Source of the DNA: Selaginella moellendorffii
Lineage: Eukaryota; Plantae; Lycopodiophyta
Length of the DNA: 64,000 nucleotides
Reading direction: 5' to 3'
Assembly (NCBI RefSeq): GCF_000143415.4
Contig: NW_003314270.1
Coordinates: forward strand, 310,001-374,000
The notes under the pieces were generated by a model, which saw only the letters and a list, made by a program, of their open reading frames with translations, was not told where the DNA came from and did not search any database. Position 1 is the first letter of the stretch. Each line of letters starts with the position of its first letter. Position numbers and translations under genes: made by a program. This document shows, in pieces, positions 48,884-60,250 of this stretch.

Positions 48884-50574
48884 TCATCTTTTGAAGAATA
48901 GTGGAAGCAAACCGGCGCCATTGATAAACACAAGCCGAATCATCGTCTTCCATCTCCAATCCTCCCCGGCCACCTCCCCGGACTGCCCCAGCGTGTCGAG
49001 CATCACTCCAAAGTGCTCACAGCTCGGCCAGATCCCAAAGTCCGCCACCATCATCTGGACCTTCTCCACGCCCCGCCTCACCGATCCGGTGTGCGTAGCC
49101 GCCACCAAGATCCCCGTGAAGGTGATGTCGTCCGGGGTGACGCCCTCCAAGTTGAGCCCCCGGAAGAACTCCTCGGCCTCGGGGCCGTGGCCGTTCGCGG
49201 CGTACATGACGATGAGCGCGTTCCAGGAGACGATGTCGGTCTTCTCCGGGGTGGCGTCGAAGATAGCCTTCTCCTTTACGAGATGCCCGTGCTGCGCGTA
49301 CGCGACGAACATCGCGTTCCAAGAGATGAGGCTCCGCTCGGGCATCGAGAAGAACATCGCCTCCGCCTCAGCGAGCTGGAAGTTCTGCGAGTAGGCCACC
49401 ATCATGGTCGTCCAGGAGATCACGTTACACCACGGCATTCGATCCAGCGCTACCTTTGCGCGCGGCTCTGCGTGTAGGCGTGGATCATCGCATTCCAGGA
49501 GACGAGGTTCTTCTCTGGGATCCGATCAAACTCGAGCTTCGCCTGGTCGATCTCGCCGTGCGCGACGTAGCTCCGACAAAGGATGTTCCACGCCACTACA
49601 TCCTTCACGGGCATCGATTCGAAGCACCGCCGAGCATCGTCCAGATTCCCGTTCTGGGCAAATGCCGTCGCCATGGCCGTCCACGAGACAACGTCGCGGT
49701 GCGTCACCTTCTGAAAGATCTCTTTCGCCTTGTCGATCATCAGGGCCACTCCATAAGCAGTGATAAGGGCATTCCACGAAACGATATTCCTGGTTCCCAT
49801 TCGATCAAACAGATCCTTTGCTTCCACAAGACGCCCGTTCTGGGCATACCCCTGGATCATCGCCGTCCACGAGACGAGATCTCTCTCCGGCATCGTATCA
49901 AACAATTCCTTGGCGTGAAAGAGATCTCCACTCTCGGCAGTGGTCGCGACCATGGAATTCCACGACAACCGGCTCCTCGCGGGCATTCTCTCGAAGAACT
50001 TCTTCGCAAGATCCAAATGCCCCTTTTTGGCAAGTGTTGTCACCATTGTGTTCCAGGACGCAAGATTCCGCTGCGCCATCGCCAGGAACATCGCCCTGGC
50101 GCGATCGAGGTACCCATTCCTGGCATATATCGCGACCATCGCGTTGGAGAGCACCACATCCCCGTCGCCGATGGATTCGAACAGGGATTTGGCCCTCTCC
50201 AGATCGCCATTGCGCGCGTAGGCGACGATCATCGTCGTCCAGTGGACGGCGCTGCGCTGCGGGGTCCTGGTGAAGAGGAGCTCCACCTCGTCGATCCGGC
50301 CGCTGGCGGCGGACGCCGCGATGGCGATGCCCCAGGAGAACTCGTTCTTGTGCTGGATCGCGTGGAATGCCCGGCGCGATTCCTCGGCGAGCCCGAGGCG
50401 GCCATACATCTGGACCACCGCATTGGCCACGAATCGATCGCCGCCATAGCCACTGGCGATGATCTGTGCGTGGATCTTCCTGCCCACCGCGGCGTCGCCG
50501 GAATCCCCAGCCGCGCGGAGCGATTGGACGAAACGCTGGCATTCCACAAATTTGCCCTTGTCAATGCAGGGCAT
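48884..50574 (-). pseudogene. PPR-A pseudogene (unit 2)
   Basis: Small-deletion frameshift near 49450-49465 and a 220-bp deletion at about 48965 that removes most of the E domain. Confidence 0.88.
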
Positions 50575-51176
50575 TTGCTAGGAATATATTTCAAGCATCA
50601 TCACCTTTTCAATTTCCTCTCTTCTGCTAATTTTTCTTTTCAGCTTGCAAGGATCTGATGCAGGAATATCAACAAGAATAACCTTTTTGCCAGTTTTCTT
50701 CCTAGATTGCCATCCAAATCTTTGTCACGGGATGTTCCAGTTCGTCAGTGAAGCAGCAAGCCAGAAAAGTCTTTGTCACGTCTAAGCTTTTGGGTCCGTA
50801 GCCTACGCCAAGGCAACTTCTGGCAACCCGAAGATGATCACGCAAACTCACGTTGCAGTCTCTCTCCGGGTGGAACGAGACCATTACAGCGAATGCATCA
50901 AAGAAAAGCAAAAGCTGTGACTTCTTTCTTGGTTCCTAAACTGCCCAGCATGGGAAGGAATCCTTTCTGCAAAGATGCAGTGCTTGTCCTGCGTAGCAGC
51001 TCCGATCGCGTGAACAACAGTGCTCCATCGCGCTTTTATCGGATTTACAAACACCACCACCTCAAACCACATAGAGTTCAGTAATCTCTTCTTACTACTA
51101 TGTCCTTCTGGGTCGATATCCGCAAGACGCTGCCATCTTTTTCTCCGGAGTCCTGACAGATGTGGAGGAGACGCTA

Positions 51177-52673
51177 TTACCCAGCCAACGAGCTGATGAA
51201 GTCTGCCAAGTTATGCCCTGAGCTGCCCGGCTGGGTGGAGAGTGCAGCCTGTCGGACCAGCTTCCTCCTTTGCTTGGCACGGTTCCTGAGCTCTTGGTCC
51301 TCCATTACAGCACGCAAGCCTCGCTCGACGTCATCTGCGGACGGCACACCATCCACCCCAATATCCACCGCAATTTTGTACTCGTCCACAAGGTGCCTGC
51401 AGGTTGGGAGCTGGTCACCTAAGAACGGCCAGGCCAGAATGGGAACACCAGCCAGCATAATACACTCCACCACGGAACTCCACCCGCAGTGTGAAACTAA
51501 TGCACCAATGGCCGGATGAGAGAGAACCAGCTGCTGAGGCACCCAACCTGTGAGGATTTTCCCCCTACCGGAGGTTCGCTCCACAAAGTTTGGAGGTAGC
51601 ACGCGGTTCAGGTAGGCGGCCGGCTCCTCGTTCCTGGGACTTGGAAGCGACCAGAGGAATCTAAAGCCGGACGATTCGAGTCCGTGTGCCAGCTCTCGAA
51701 TCATCTCGTCGCCCAAGACTATAAAGCTGCCGAAGCATATGAAGACCAGCGACGCCGTGGGTTGCTTGTCCAGCCATGAGACAAGCGCAGTGGAATCCTC
51801 GCTGTTCTTGCCGATTGAGACCGCTGTTCCTCGAATGTCTTCTTCAGAGGGTCGATCATCCTGGAGGTAGGAAGATGGATACAGAGGTCCTATGGAAATG
51901 CACCGTATCTCGGGGTACTCGCAATGTAAAGCATCCAATATCTGCACGGACACGTGAGAAATCACCCCCCACTAAATGCCCGTCTTACTGGTCCTTCAAG
52001 CTCTTCGGAAGTATTCAGTAGTATCCCGTTGGAGTGGACAAAATGCTTGGCTACGCCTTCTTTACCCAAGTAGATTCTGTAAACAAAGATCACGGAAACA
52101 AACAGAAACATAGAAAGAATGATACCCATGGGATTTGACGACAACGTCCAAAGGTAGCTCAGCCCATCGAAGAGGTGGAAGTCCGGGAACATGAACTACG
52201 CTCTGCATGTCTTGGTCCACATTCCCGCTTCGGCTGGGGCCGTGGAAGGAGAGCATGACAGCGAGATGCGCCGAAGCACCTGTGTAGAGGATATACTTTG
52301 GGATGCCTCTCTCCTCCACAGTTTGACTTGCCCAGAACATCACCATTCGATCGAGAACCACCGCTTTGGGGCGCAGCACATCGAGGTGTTTCCGGAGCGA
52401 GTCAGGCAGGGCAGTGGGAAAACGGGATGATGGCACAAGGTCGGGACGAGACTTGCGAACTCCAGGGAAAATGAAAGCCGGTCGAGGGGAAGGAGTGGAC
52501 TCCATGAGAGCGCGCATTTCAATGTTTGCTATGTCCGTGGTCATTCCAGATGGGTTCAGCCACGGCAGTAGCACCGTAACACGGCAGCCCTGAGAAGCGA
52601 GCTTCTTTGCAAAGAGCATACCTGTGTTGAAGTGACCACCGCCTTGAACGGTAACCAAAACGATGTCGGCCAT
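51177..52673 (-). CDS. UGT: UDP-glycosyltransferase (GT1), copy 2
   Basis: Near-identical to copy 1 with the same two introns and an intact PSPG box. Confidence 0.92.
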
Positions 52674-52964
52674 TCTAGATAGCCGACCTTGTCGGCCTTA
52701 TCCTAACCAAGCGCTCCTGTCAGACTCCTGTAAGACTCACATATCTAGACTATTTTGATGAACTTGACTTGTTGTTAGCCAAGGGTTTCGTCTAGCACTA
52801 TTTTCAATGCTTTGTTTTTTTTCCACGTGGCCAGTTCAGCTATGTAAATTTAAGATGCCGGTCGAACGAATATGCCAGTGTGATGCTTCTTCTTCACACA
52901 ATGAACAGTTAGATCTCTGATTCGCAGGCTAGAGAGATTCGAGCCCCAGCGGCGCAGCTGGCGT

Positions 52965-54100
52965 GTAACGTATGATCCACCAGCGAAATACAGTTAGAGA
53001 GAAGAAGTCACGGACTTAACTGTGGGGAAGTGCTCGAATTGCTTGTGGAAGCGCTTCCAAGCTCCCTCGTCGGGGAAAGCTATAGTCACCTGCAAGAGAT
53101 TTTTGGGACATCGCTTGCAAGCTCTCGACTGAGTCTCACATTTTTGGAATCCGGAAGCTTGAGCAGCGGGATGCCACTGTCGAAGCAGGGAAGAATGCTG
53201 TCACCAAAGTAAACCCTCTCCTGCTTTGCAAGTCCGGGTGAGCGAAAAGATCGAAAAGAAAAGAGAAACAAGCAAACCTGGAGAGCGTGGATGTCAAAGA
53301 TGACGAGACTCGTCGGACTACCCCTGGAGATTGGAATGTTGGAGAGTGAAGGCCGATGTCACCCTCGTCTTCCATGCGCTCCAACGTTCCAGTCGGGAAG
53401 AACGGCACCACGACCGTGAAGGAAGCGATGGACATCCTGGGAAGAGCGTAGATCACCAAGAGCTCTCAAAGATCACGGCGGGAGAGCTGAAAGGCGCAAG
53501 GAATGCAACGTGCTGGCCACGGATCCCAGCACGAACAAGTTTGGAAATCCATCCTCGAATGTGGTGAAAGAAAAAAGAGATCGATTGCTCAAACCCACTT
53601 ACATCCATTTGAGCTCGATGGAAACTGTCTCGGCAGCGACCACTCCGTGCCACATCCTCGTACTCGTTGCAATATGTCGAGGAGATTAGTTCGAGATGGA
53701 AACAAAAGGATTGTTCGCTTGAAGGAAGGCGAGGCCGCTGGAAGGCACGTCGTCATTGTGGACGATCTAGTGCGCTCTGGAGGCACTCTCAAGGAATGCC
53801 AGGTTCGTGTAGTAAGATTTCTTCATCGTTTCTTAGCCAGTGTCTTTCAGAATGTACTACAAGCGAATGGAGCCACGAAAGTGAGTGCTTACGCCACACA
53901 CGGCGACTTCCCTCACCAAACCTGGGAGCGATTTCTTCACGCGGCGGGAGGTACGTAGAAACTCCATTCTTTTCTTTCTACAGGAAACTTGTCAACGCTG
54001 TTAGCATTTCAGATAGCGAGAAAGAATTTTCTCACTTTTGGATCACAGATTCCTGAGTCCTAATTGGCAGGGCACCCTTTGAAGTTCTCGTGCTGGTTGG
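52965..54100. pseudogene. PRS: Class II PRPP synthase (PRS3/PRS4-type) pseudogene split by an internal inversion
   Basis: Minus strand 53680-52990: [10 protein letters not shown]...IRGQHVAFL...[16 protein letters not shown]...[21 protein letters not shown]...[21 protein letters not shown]. Plus strand from 53689: [38 protein letters not shown]...KVSAYATHG...HFWITDS. Confidence 0.9.
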
Positions 54101-54285
54101 TTCCTCCATCTCTAATTTTATTACTCTTCCTTTTGCTTGAGAGTTGATCCAGTTTTCTCCTCCACCTCCTTTTCAGGGCAGGATTTTTAATTTTTAATTT
54201 TTTCCTTTTGTTCTTCAGTTTATTGACAAGTAAATGAGCCTATCTTTCCGAATTTACTTACAAGCGTAGATTATGAGTTTTCCAC

Positions 54286-56136
54286 ATGGCTGAAAGAACT
54301 AGAAGATCTACAAACTATAATAGCGCATTTTTCCCGTCAATTAGCTGTCACTGGCTGGTGAAAACGAGTTGCGCCTGGTTGCCACGGTGGCGGTCCAAGT
54401 ACTTAAAGCATGTACTTTGTAGATTCTTTGAAGAATATGCCAGTTTGATGCTTCTTCTTCCTCTAGGCGTCCATAATGCGAACGATTTGATCAGGATGCA
54501 CGGGCGATTGGGAAATGCCGCCAAGGCTCGGGAGATTTTCGATCTAATTCCCGTGAAGGATCGTCTGAGCTGGGACTACATGCTGCTGGCCTACACCCAG
54601 GGCGGGTCGATCGACGAGGCATGGCGGATTTTCGATCAAATCCCGCAGCCCAGCGTGTTTTCCTTCAACATTTTGCTGTCGGCGCTCTCGCAGAGCGGGG
54701 ATTTTCGCGGGGCGCGCCGGATCTTCGACGGGATGCCGCAGTGGGATGTGGTATCGTGGAATTCGATGCTGTCCGCGCACATCCAGCACGGAGACCTGGC
54801 AGCCGCGCAGAGATTTTTCGATTGTATGCCCGAAAAAACTATAGTCTCGTGGAACGCGATGGTGTCTGCGTATGCCGCGAAGGGAGACACTAGCATTGCG
54901 AAGCTTTTGTTTGGCAAGATGCCCCAATGGGACGTGGCTTCTTTCAACGCAATGTTGACTGGGTTTGACCAAGAGGACTACGTTTTGGAATTGCGAAGAT
55001 TTTTCAACGCTCTTCCGGAGGCCAATTTTGTCTCTTGGACTATCGTCTTAACAGCATATGCCCGCATTGGGCATCTTTTTGAGTGTAAGGCCCTCTTTGA
55101 TGCGATGCCACACAGAGATATAGTGGCATATAACGTAATGCTCTCGGCATTTTCCCAGCACAGTACTGGGAAAGATTCCAAAGCCTTATTTGATACCATG
55201 CCACAGTGGGATATGCTTTCCTGGACATCACTTTTAAACGCATATATCCAAGACGGGCATATTGAGCGAGCCAAACGTACATACGACACAATGCCAATGC
55301 AGGATACAGTATCATGTACGGTTATGCTTACATTTCTCTCTACGTATGGTGCCATAGTCGATGCTAGGGTGGTCTATGAATCTTTGCCATGCAAGGATTT
55401 AGTTTCACAAAACGCAATGCTAGCGGCGTATGCCTCAAAAGGGTACCTTGAAGAAGCTCGATTTTTGTTTGACTCCATGCCACAACGAGACCTTGTTTCT
55501 TGTACTAATATGCTCATTTCGTATGCCCAAGTTGGTCATCTTAACGACGCAAAACGTGTTTTCATTTCCATGCCGGAGCATGACGTAGTATCTCGGACCG
55601 TCATGCTCATCGCATATGCCGTGAATGGGCATGTTTTAGAAGCCAATAAAGTGTTCGATTTGATGCTAGAGAGAGATCTCACCGTCTGGAGCGCCATGCT
55701 GGCTGCGTATGCCTACACGGGGCACTCTTTTGAAGCCCGCCACCTTTTCCAAACCATGAATTTCATTGAAGCAGCTGGTGAATCCTGCTTTGCACCCATT
55801 TTGATTTCCCTGGGACATGTTGGTGGGCTCGACGCCGCAAGAAATTGCTTCGTGTCGTTGCAAGGGGACTTCGCGTTAAAGCCTACCAAGCAACATTACG
55901 CGTGCATGGTGGACCTCATTGCCAAGGCAGGGCATCTGGAAGTTGCCGAGCTTCTCTTGGAAACCATGCCGTTTGTGCCTGATGCTGTGGATTGGACGTC
56001 CCTGCTTGGAGCTTCCAAATCTCAGGACAATGTCAAGCAGGGATTCTGTGTTGCAAAATCCGTGGTTGGCATGAACTCACAAGAATCAGCTGGTTATTTA
56101 CTACTGGCCAACATGTTACACGCAAACAAATCCTGA
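54286..56136 (+). CDS. PLS/SS-rich PPR protein with E domain, no DYW (PPR-B, intact copy; true start may be 54448)
   Basis: 616-aa intronless ORF with PPR repeats and HYACMVDLIAKAG...MPFVPDAVDWTSLLGA...GYLLLANM. Confidence 0.9.
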   Translation: MAERTRRSTNYNSAFFPSISCHWLVKTSCAWLPRWRSKYLKHVLCRFFEEYASLMLLLPLGVHNANDLIRMHGRLGNAAKAREIFDLIPVKDRLSWDYMLLAYTQGGSIDEAWRIFDQIPQPSVFSFNILLSALSQSGDFRGARRIFDGMPQWDVVSWNSMLSAHIQHGDLAAAQRFFDCMPEKTIVSWNAMVSAYAAKGDTSIAKLLFGKMPQWDVASFNAMLTGFDQEDYVLELRRFFNALPEANFVSWTIVLTAYARIGHLFECKALFDAMPHRDIVAYNVMLSAFSQHSTGKDSKALFDTMPQWDMLSWTSLLNAYIQDGHIERAKRTYDTMPMQDTVSCTVMLTFLSTYGAIVDARVVYESLPCKDLVSQNAMLAAYASKGYLEEARFLFDSMPQRDLVSCTNMLISYAQVGHLNDAKRVFISMPEHDVVSRTVMLIAYAVNGHVLEANKVFDLMLERDLTVWSAMLAAYAYTGHSFEARHLFQTMNFIEAAGESCFAPILISLGHVGGLDAARNCFVSLQGDFALKPTKQHYACMVDLIAKAGHLEVAELLLETMPFVPDAVDWTSLLGASKSQDNVKQGFCVAKSVVGMNSQESAGYLLLANMLHANKS

Positions 56137-56320
56137 GGATTTCCTACGACCATTGCAAGTTTTGTATTTTCTTTCCAAGTTTGTAGCTTGCAAGTTTCAA
56201 TCAATGATCCAAGCTATGAAAGAACAGCATGAAATCAGAAGAGAAACATGAATACCGTCAAACACAAGATTATCCTTGCAAGTTCTATACTCTCATAGAT
56301 GGAGAAAATACATTCTAAGG

Positions 56321-57394
56321 TTACATGAACTGGATGAAAGAAGGAGCTTGTACGCCATCCAAGCTAAAAACCACGCTCAGCCTCCCCGTTTCTACATTCC
56401 TGGAAAGAACGTTCACCTTGTTCGAGTTTTGGAGCCCAACCACGACCATCTCCCCGGACCGATCAAACGCAAAATGCCGAGGCCCAGAACCCCCGACTCG
56501 ATCCAGCCCAAGGAAGGTCAGGCCACCGTCACCTTCAGCGTCCACTCCAAACACCGCGATGGTATCCTCGGCGTTACCACGGTTGGACGCATACAAATAC
56601 CTCCCGTCCGGCGAGAGAGCCACCTCCGCCGCCGTGCACGCGCTCTTGTTCGCTACGCTATCATCCAGAGTGGACCAGCTCTGGATCAAACGCAGTGCTC
56701 CATTCCCCGGATCATACGAGAGCTGGCTCACGCTGTTTGCGAGCTCGTTGATCACGTACGCGAATCGCTCGTCGCGGGAGAAGATAAAATGCCGAGGACC
56801 CGACCCAGGCTCGAGTGAAACCTCCGGAGCAGCGGCCTCGTCGAGCTTCCCAGTCGAGACGTTGAGGACTCGGGTGTGGATCTTATCAGTGCCGAGATCA
56901 CAAACGAAGACAAACTTTCCCGAGGAGTCCGTGATGATCTGGTGGGGATGAGGAGCCTCTTGCCGGGGATTGTTGCTCGGCTCCGTCAGGCCTGGAACCT
57001 TGATCAGCGAAACCGGTTGCTGGTGATGATCCAAGAGCACACCGTGGTGGCGACTATGGTCGACTTGGAGAACGCCATAGCTGCCACCGTTGTAGTTCGC
57101 GAACAAGATCCACTTGCCGCTGGAGTGGATGCTAATGGCAGCCGGGTCCGCGCCGCAAGTGGAGGCGGGGTGGCCGAGACGAGTGAGAGAGGTGTGGTGT
57201 GGAGAGAAGGAGAATGCCTCGAGAGCGCCACTCTCCACTTCGTTTACGGCATAGAGAACGTTGCCCAGCGTGGCCAGAAAGGTGGGATTGGTACCTGATG
57301 GAAACGAGGCGATGGAGTAGAGATGGTGCTTGTCCAGCGCTAAGAGGTGGATTTCATCGCTGTAGCCACCGACCAACAAGAGCTGCTTCGTCAT
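56321..57394 (-). CDS. Seven-bladed beta-propeller lactonase (Pgl/YbhE 6-phosphogluconolactonase / muconate cycloisomerase family), intronless, 357 aa
   Basis: Family motifs NPTFL, LYAVNE, ANYNGGS, RQEAPHPHQ, VCDLGTDKI, GSGPRHF (twice), YVINEL, AAEVALSPDGRYLYASNRG. Confidence 0.93.
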   Translation of the reverse strand: MTKQLLLVGGYSDEIHLLALDKHHLYSIASFPSGTNPTFLATLGNVLYAVNEVESGALEAFSFSPHHTSLTRLGHPASTCGADPAAISIHSSGKWILFANYNGGSYGVLQVDHSRHHGVLLDHHQQPVSLIKVPGLTEPSNNPRQEAPHPHQIITDSSGKFVFVCDLGTDKIHTRVLNVSTGKLDEAAAPEVSLEPGSGPRHFIFSRDERFAYVINELANSVSQLSYDPGNGALRLIQSWSTLDDSVANKSACTAAEVALSPDGRYLYASNRGNAEDTIAVFGVDAEGDGGLTFLGLDRVGGSGPRHFAFDRSGEMVVVGLQNSNKVNVLSRNVETGRLSVVFSLDGVQAPSFIQFM

Positions 57395-57866
57395 CTTGAT
57401 CTAGAAAAGAAAAAGGGCTTTTGTGAAAGCAAAAGAAATGTGAAGGTTGCGTACCCGATGTGATGATGATAATGACGATCGAACAAGATAGATTGATACG
57501 AGGAGAAGGAGAAAGCGGCTGGAATCATGGAGAAATCCCATTGTTGGATTGTAGAATCTCCACGGGATTGGATTCGTACGAATTCTGTGACCTCCTTTTT
57601 CGTAACTCCTTTTCTTAAAAAAAATGGACCACGAAATTTGTATGGGAAAGCACTTCTGGAAGCACACATTCGTGCTGGGGACCTAAAGTCGCGGACAGAC
57701 AAAGCCAGCTATCCATCCGGGCATTCTCGAGAATAAAAAAGTTCTCAACTCAGAAGGCTGGGCACTTTGCTTTAGAATGTCATAGTTATATGTATGAGCT
57801 CTACAAAAATTGTCAGTGTACAGTGGCTGTGGTGGCAACCTCGTGTTTGGATCATAAGATAGATGA

Positions 57867-60250
57867 TCATCCTGGCGATTTTTCTCCGTCCTCTATGTTG
57901 TAGTGCGCAAGCATAAGCTGCATTCCATACCTGGGCTTGAGCGTGATGGCAGTGACCGGAGCGTGCCTGTAATTGGGAGAGATCTTGAACTCGAATCTCT
58001 GGAGGATCATTGCCAGGACCACTTTGGCCTCCATCATTGCAAAGCTCTGCCCGAGGCAAGCTCGCGGCCCCAGCGAAAATGGCATGAAACTCCACAGCTT
58101 TTGGTGCTGAAGCTTGCAAGCCGCCGCCACTCCATCGGCGAATCGGGCCGGGTTAAAGTGGAGGGCGTCGTCCCCCCACACGTCTTTGCTGTGGTGGAGT
58201 GCCACAATGGGTATCCAAAACGTAGTCCCCCGCGGATATTTCACGTCCTGGATGCTCAAGTCCACCAAAGATTCCCTCACCAGTGCCGGCGCCGGAGGAT
58301 ATAAACGGAGTACCTCGTTGAGAATCATTCCCAGCTGCAAGAAAGAAAAGAAAAAGGTGGCGAAAGATTAGTGTACACACAGAGAGAAAGAGAGAGAATT
58401 TCTTCCAAGACACTCAAAAGCAGCTACGTGGAGTTATGACTTTGGCCTAGGACAGGAGGTGGACTAGTTGGCGTGCAAAGTATACTGTAAAACAACTTAC
58501 AATCTTTAGCTTGGGAAGGACATCGGCATCCGGAACGGAGGACTTGGACGGGAGATGCTCCATCACTTCGGCACGGCCGCGCTGCTGCCACTCTGGATTC
58601 AAGGCCAGAAGCATCAGAGTCCAGGTGAGCAGCGCCGATGTGGTCTCGTGCCCCGTGAAGAAGATGGTTTTGCACTCCTCCACAAGCTCCGGCGTGTCAA
58701 ACTGCTGTGCAGCTGCTGCTGCTTCGGACTTGTCTCGCTCGCTCTCGGACAGCATCAGTCCCAAAAAGTCGCTTCCATACCCGTGCTTTTGTCGTCCCGC
58801 ACGGCGCTCCAGTACAAGCTCTCGCAGCGCTCGCTCCATGTCCCTTTTGATCCGGGAAGCTCTTCTATTGGCAGCCGTGGGGAGCATCCTAAATGATCTT
58901 TACTTTAGTACTGGCTGTTGCATGCATTATAAAGAAATATAACAATAGAATAAGGTGGTGGAAGAACCAGAAGCTAATGGAGGCAGGCAGGACTTTGATA
59001 TACAAGGTATATAAATGGAGGAATCATTGGAAATCATGCATGCTTTGTTCCACGCAAAGGTTGATGGCGATGGAGACACAAAATAGAGGGAGTGAAGGAA
59101 CCTTGAGTGCGAGAGAGGATTTTTGTGATATCATACCTGTTGCATGGAAGCCAGAGAAAACGATTGGACTGAGCGAAAACTTTCTGGAGGCACGTCAGGA
59201 GCTGGAACACCCTCTTGCCTTTTTCGTGACTGCTGGTGCTGCTAAACGCGGTACGAGCAATTACATCGGCCGTGGCCATGGATAAGTAATAGTTGATGTC
59301 GATCTCCGCGGATGATCCATCGCCGCTCCTCCTCGAGCTCTTGTTGTCAATGATTTGGCTCCACTGGCCCAGCATTTGAGACGTGCTCGCCACCATCTCG
59401 GGTACCATTTTCTGCCAATAATTATGCCTCATGAATTCATATCATATAGAAAGATAGAAAGTAAGAGCTTGCTCAAAGAAGAATTAACTTCTTCAAATCC
59501 AAAGAAGTATATGTCTTTGGGAGGGAAAGAGAGATCTTACCTTGAGCATTTCGGCATGGAACGCCGGGCCAACGATGCGTCTCCGGTGAGCCCAGCTCTC
59601 TCCATTGGCATACACCATTCCATTCCCAAGCAGCAGCACACCACCCTTTTTGAGTAGCAGCGACTTTCCAAAGTGCTCGGCCTTGGTGGACAAGATCTCC
59701 TTGATCATCTCGGGCTCCACAACCGTGATCCTCGGCTCCATTCCCCACCAGAAGAGAAACCTCTTCCCTGTCACACACACACATTAGTTAGTTTACAAGT
59801 CTTTGGAGAAGCTTGGCAGAGAAACAGAGGAATGTGTGCTAGAAGTGTGGATATGGGGGAGGGAAATTCGAGCTATATACCGTAGATGGCGGACCAGTAT
59901 GTAAAGTGGGGGCATATCCTGGGAAGAAGATCATGGTCGCCAACTCGCATGTCCTTGGATGTTGCCAGTTCTCTCATCTCGGATACTTGGTGCATGTTTC
60001 CAATCAGGAACTTTGGAGGGGGGCCATCCAGGCCTTGCTCGAGGAGACTCTTTCTCAGGTGGACATATCTGAAGGCCACGGACGCGCTCCACACCAGGAT
60101 CACGAGCAAAGAGGCGAGGAAAACGAGCATTGGCGCGGCAAGGAGGAGCATTGGGAGCTTGAGGGAGATTCCCTGGGAAAATGCAGGCAAATTATGACTC
60201 ATTCTCTGGAAGTCTGGAATCGATGAATTGCTGGGTGTGATTGACACCAT
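57867..60250 (-). CDS. Cytochrome P450, clan 72, CYP735/CYP715-like; exons about 60250-59881, 59767-59541, 59411-59137, 58888-58501, 58334-57867
   Basis: TM anchor, GPPPKFLIGN, I-helix ECKTIFFTGHETT, EVLRLYPP, FNPARF, heme motif FSLGPRACLG; five-exon clan-72 layout. Start codon uncertain (60250, 60202 or 60151). Confidence 0.93.

Larger units (their letters stand above)
35078..56004. repeat. Head-to-tail tandem duplication: unit 1 35078-45058, unit 2 45058-56004
   Basis: Same gene order in both units; the junction tgtccctg|acaaaaggga joins PPR coding sequence (cf. 55997-56004) to intergenic sequence (cf. 35079 onward). Confidence 0.95.

Noticed and set aside
56276-57298. Several plus-strand ORFs of 140-208 aa
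   Set aside because: Antisense to the lactonase gene, with no recognisable motifs.
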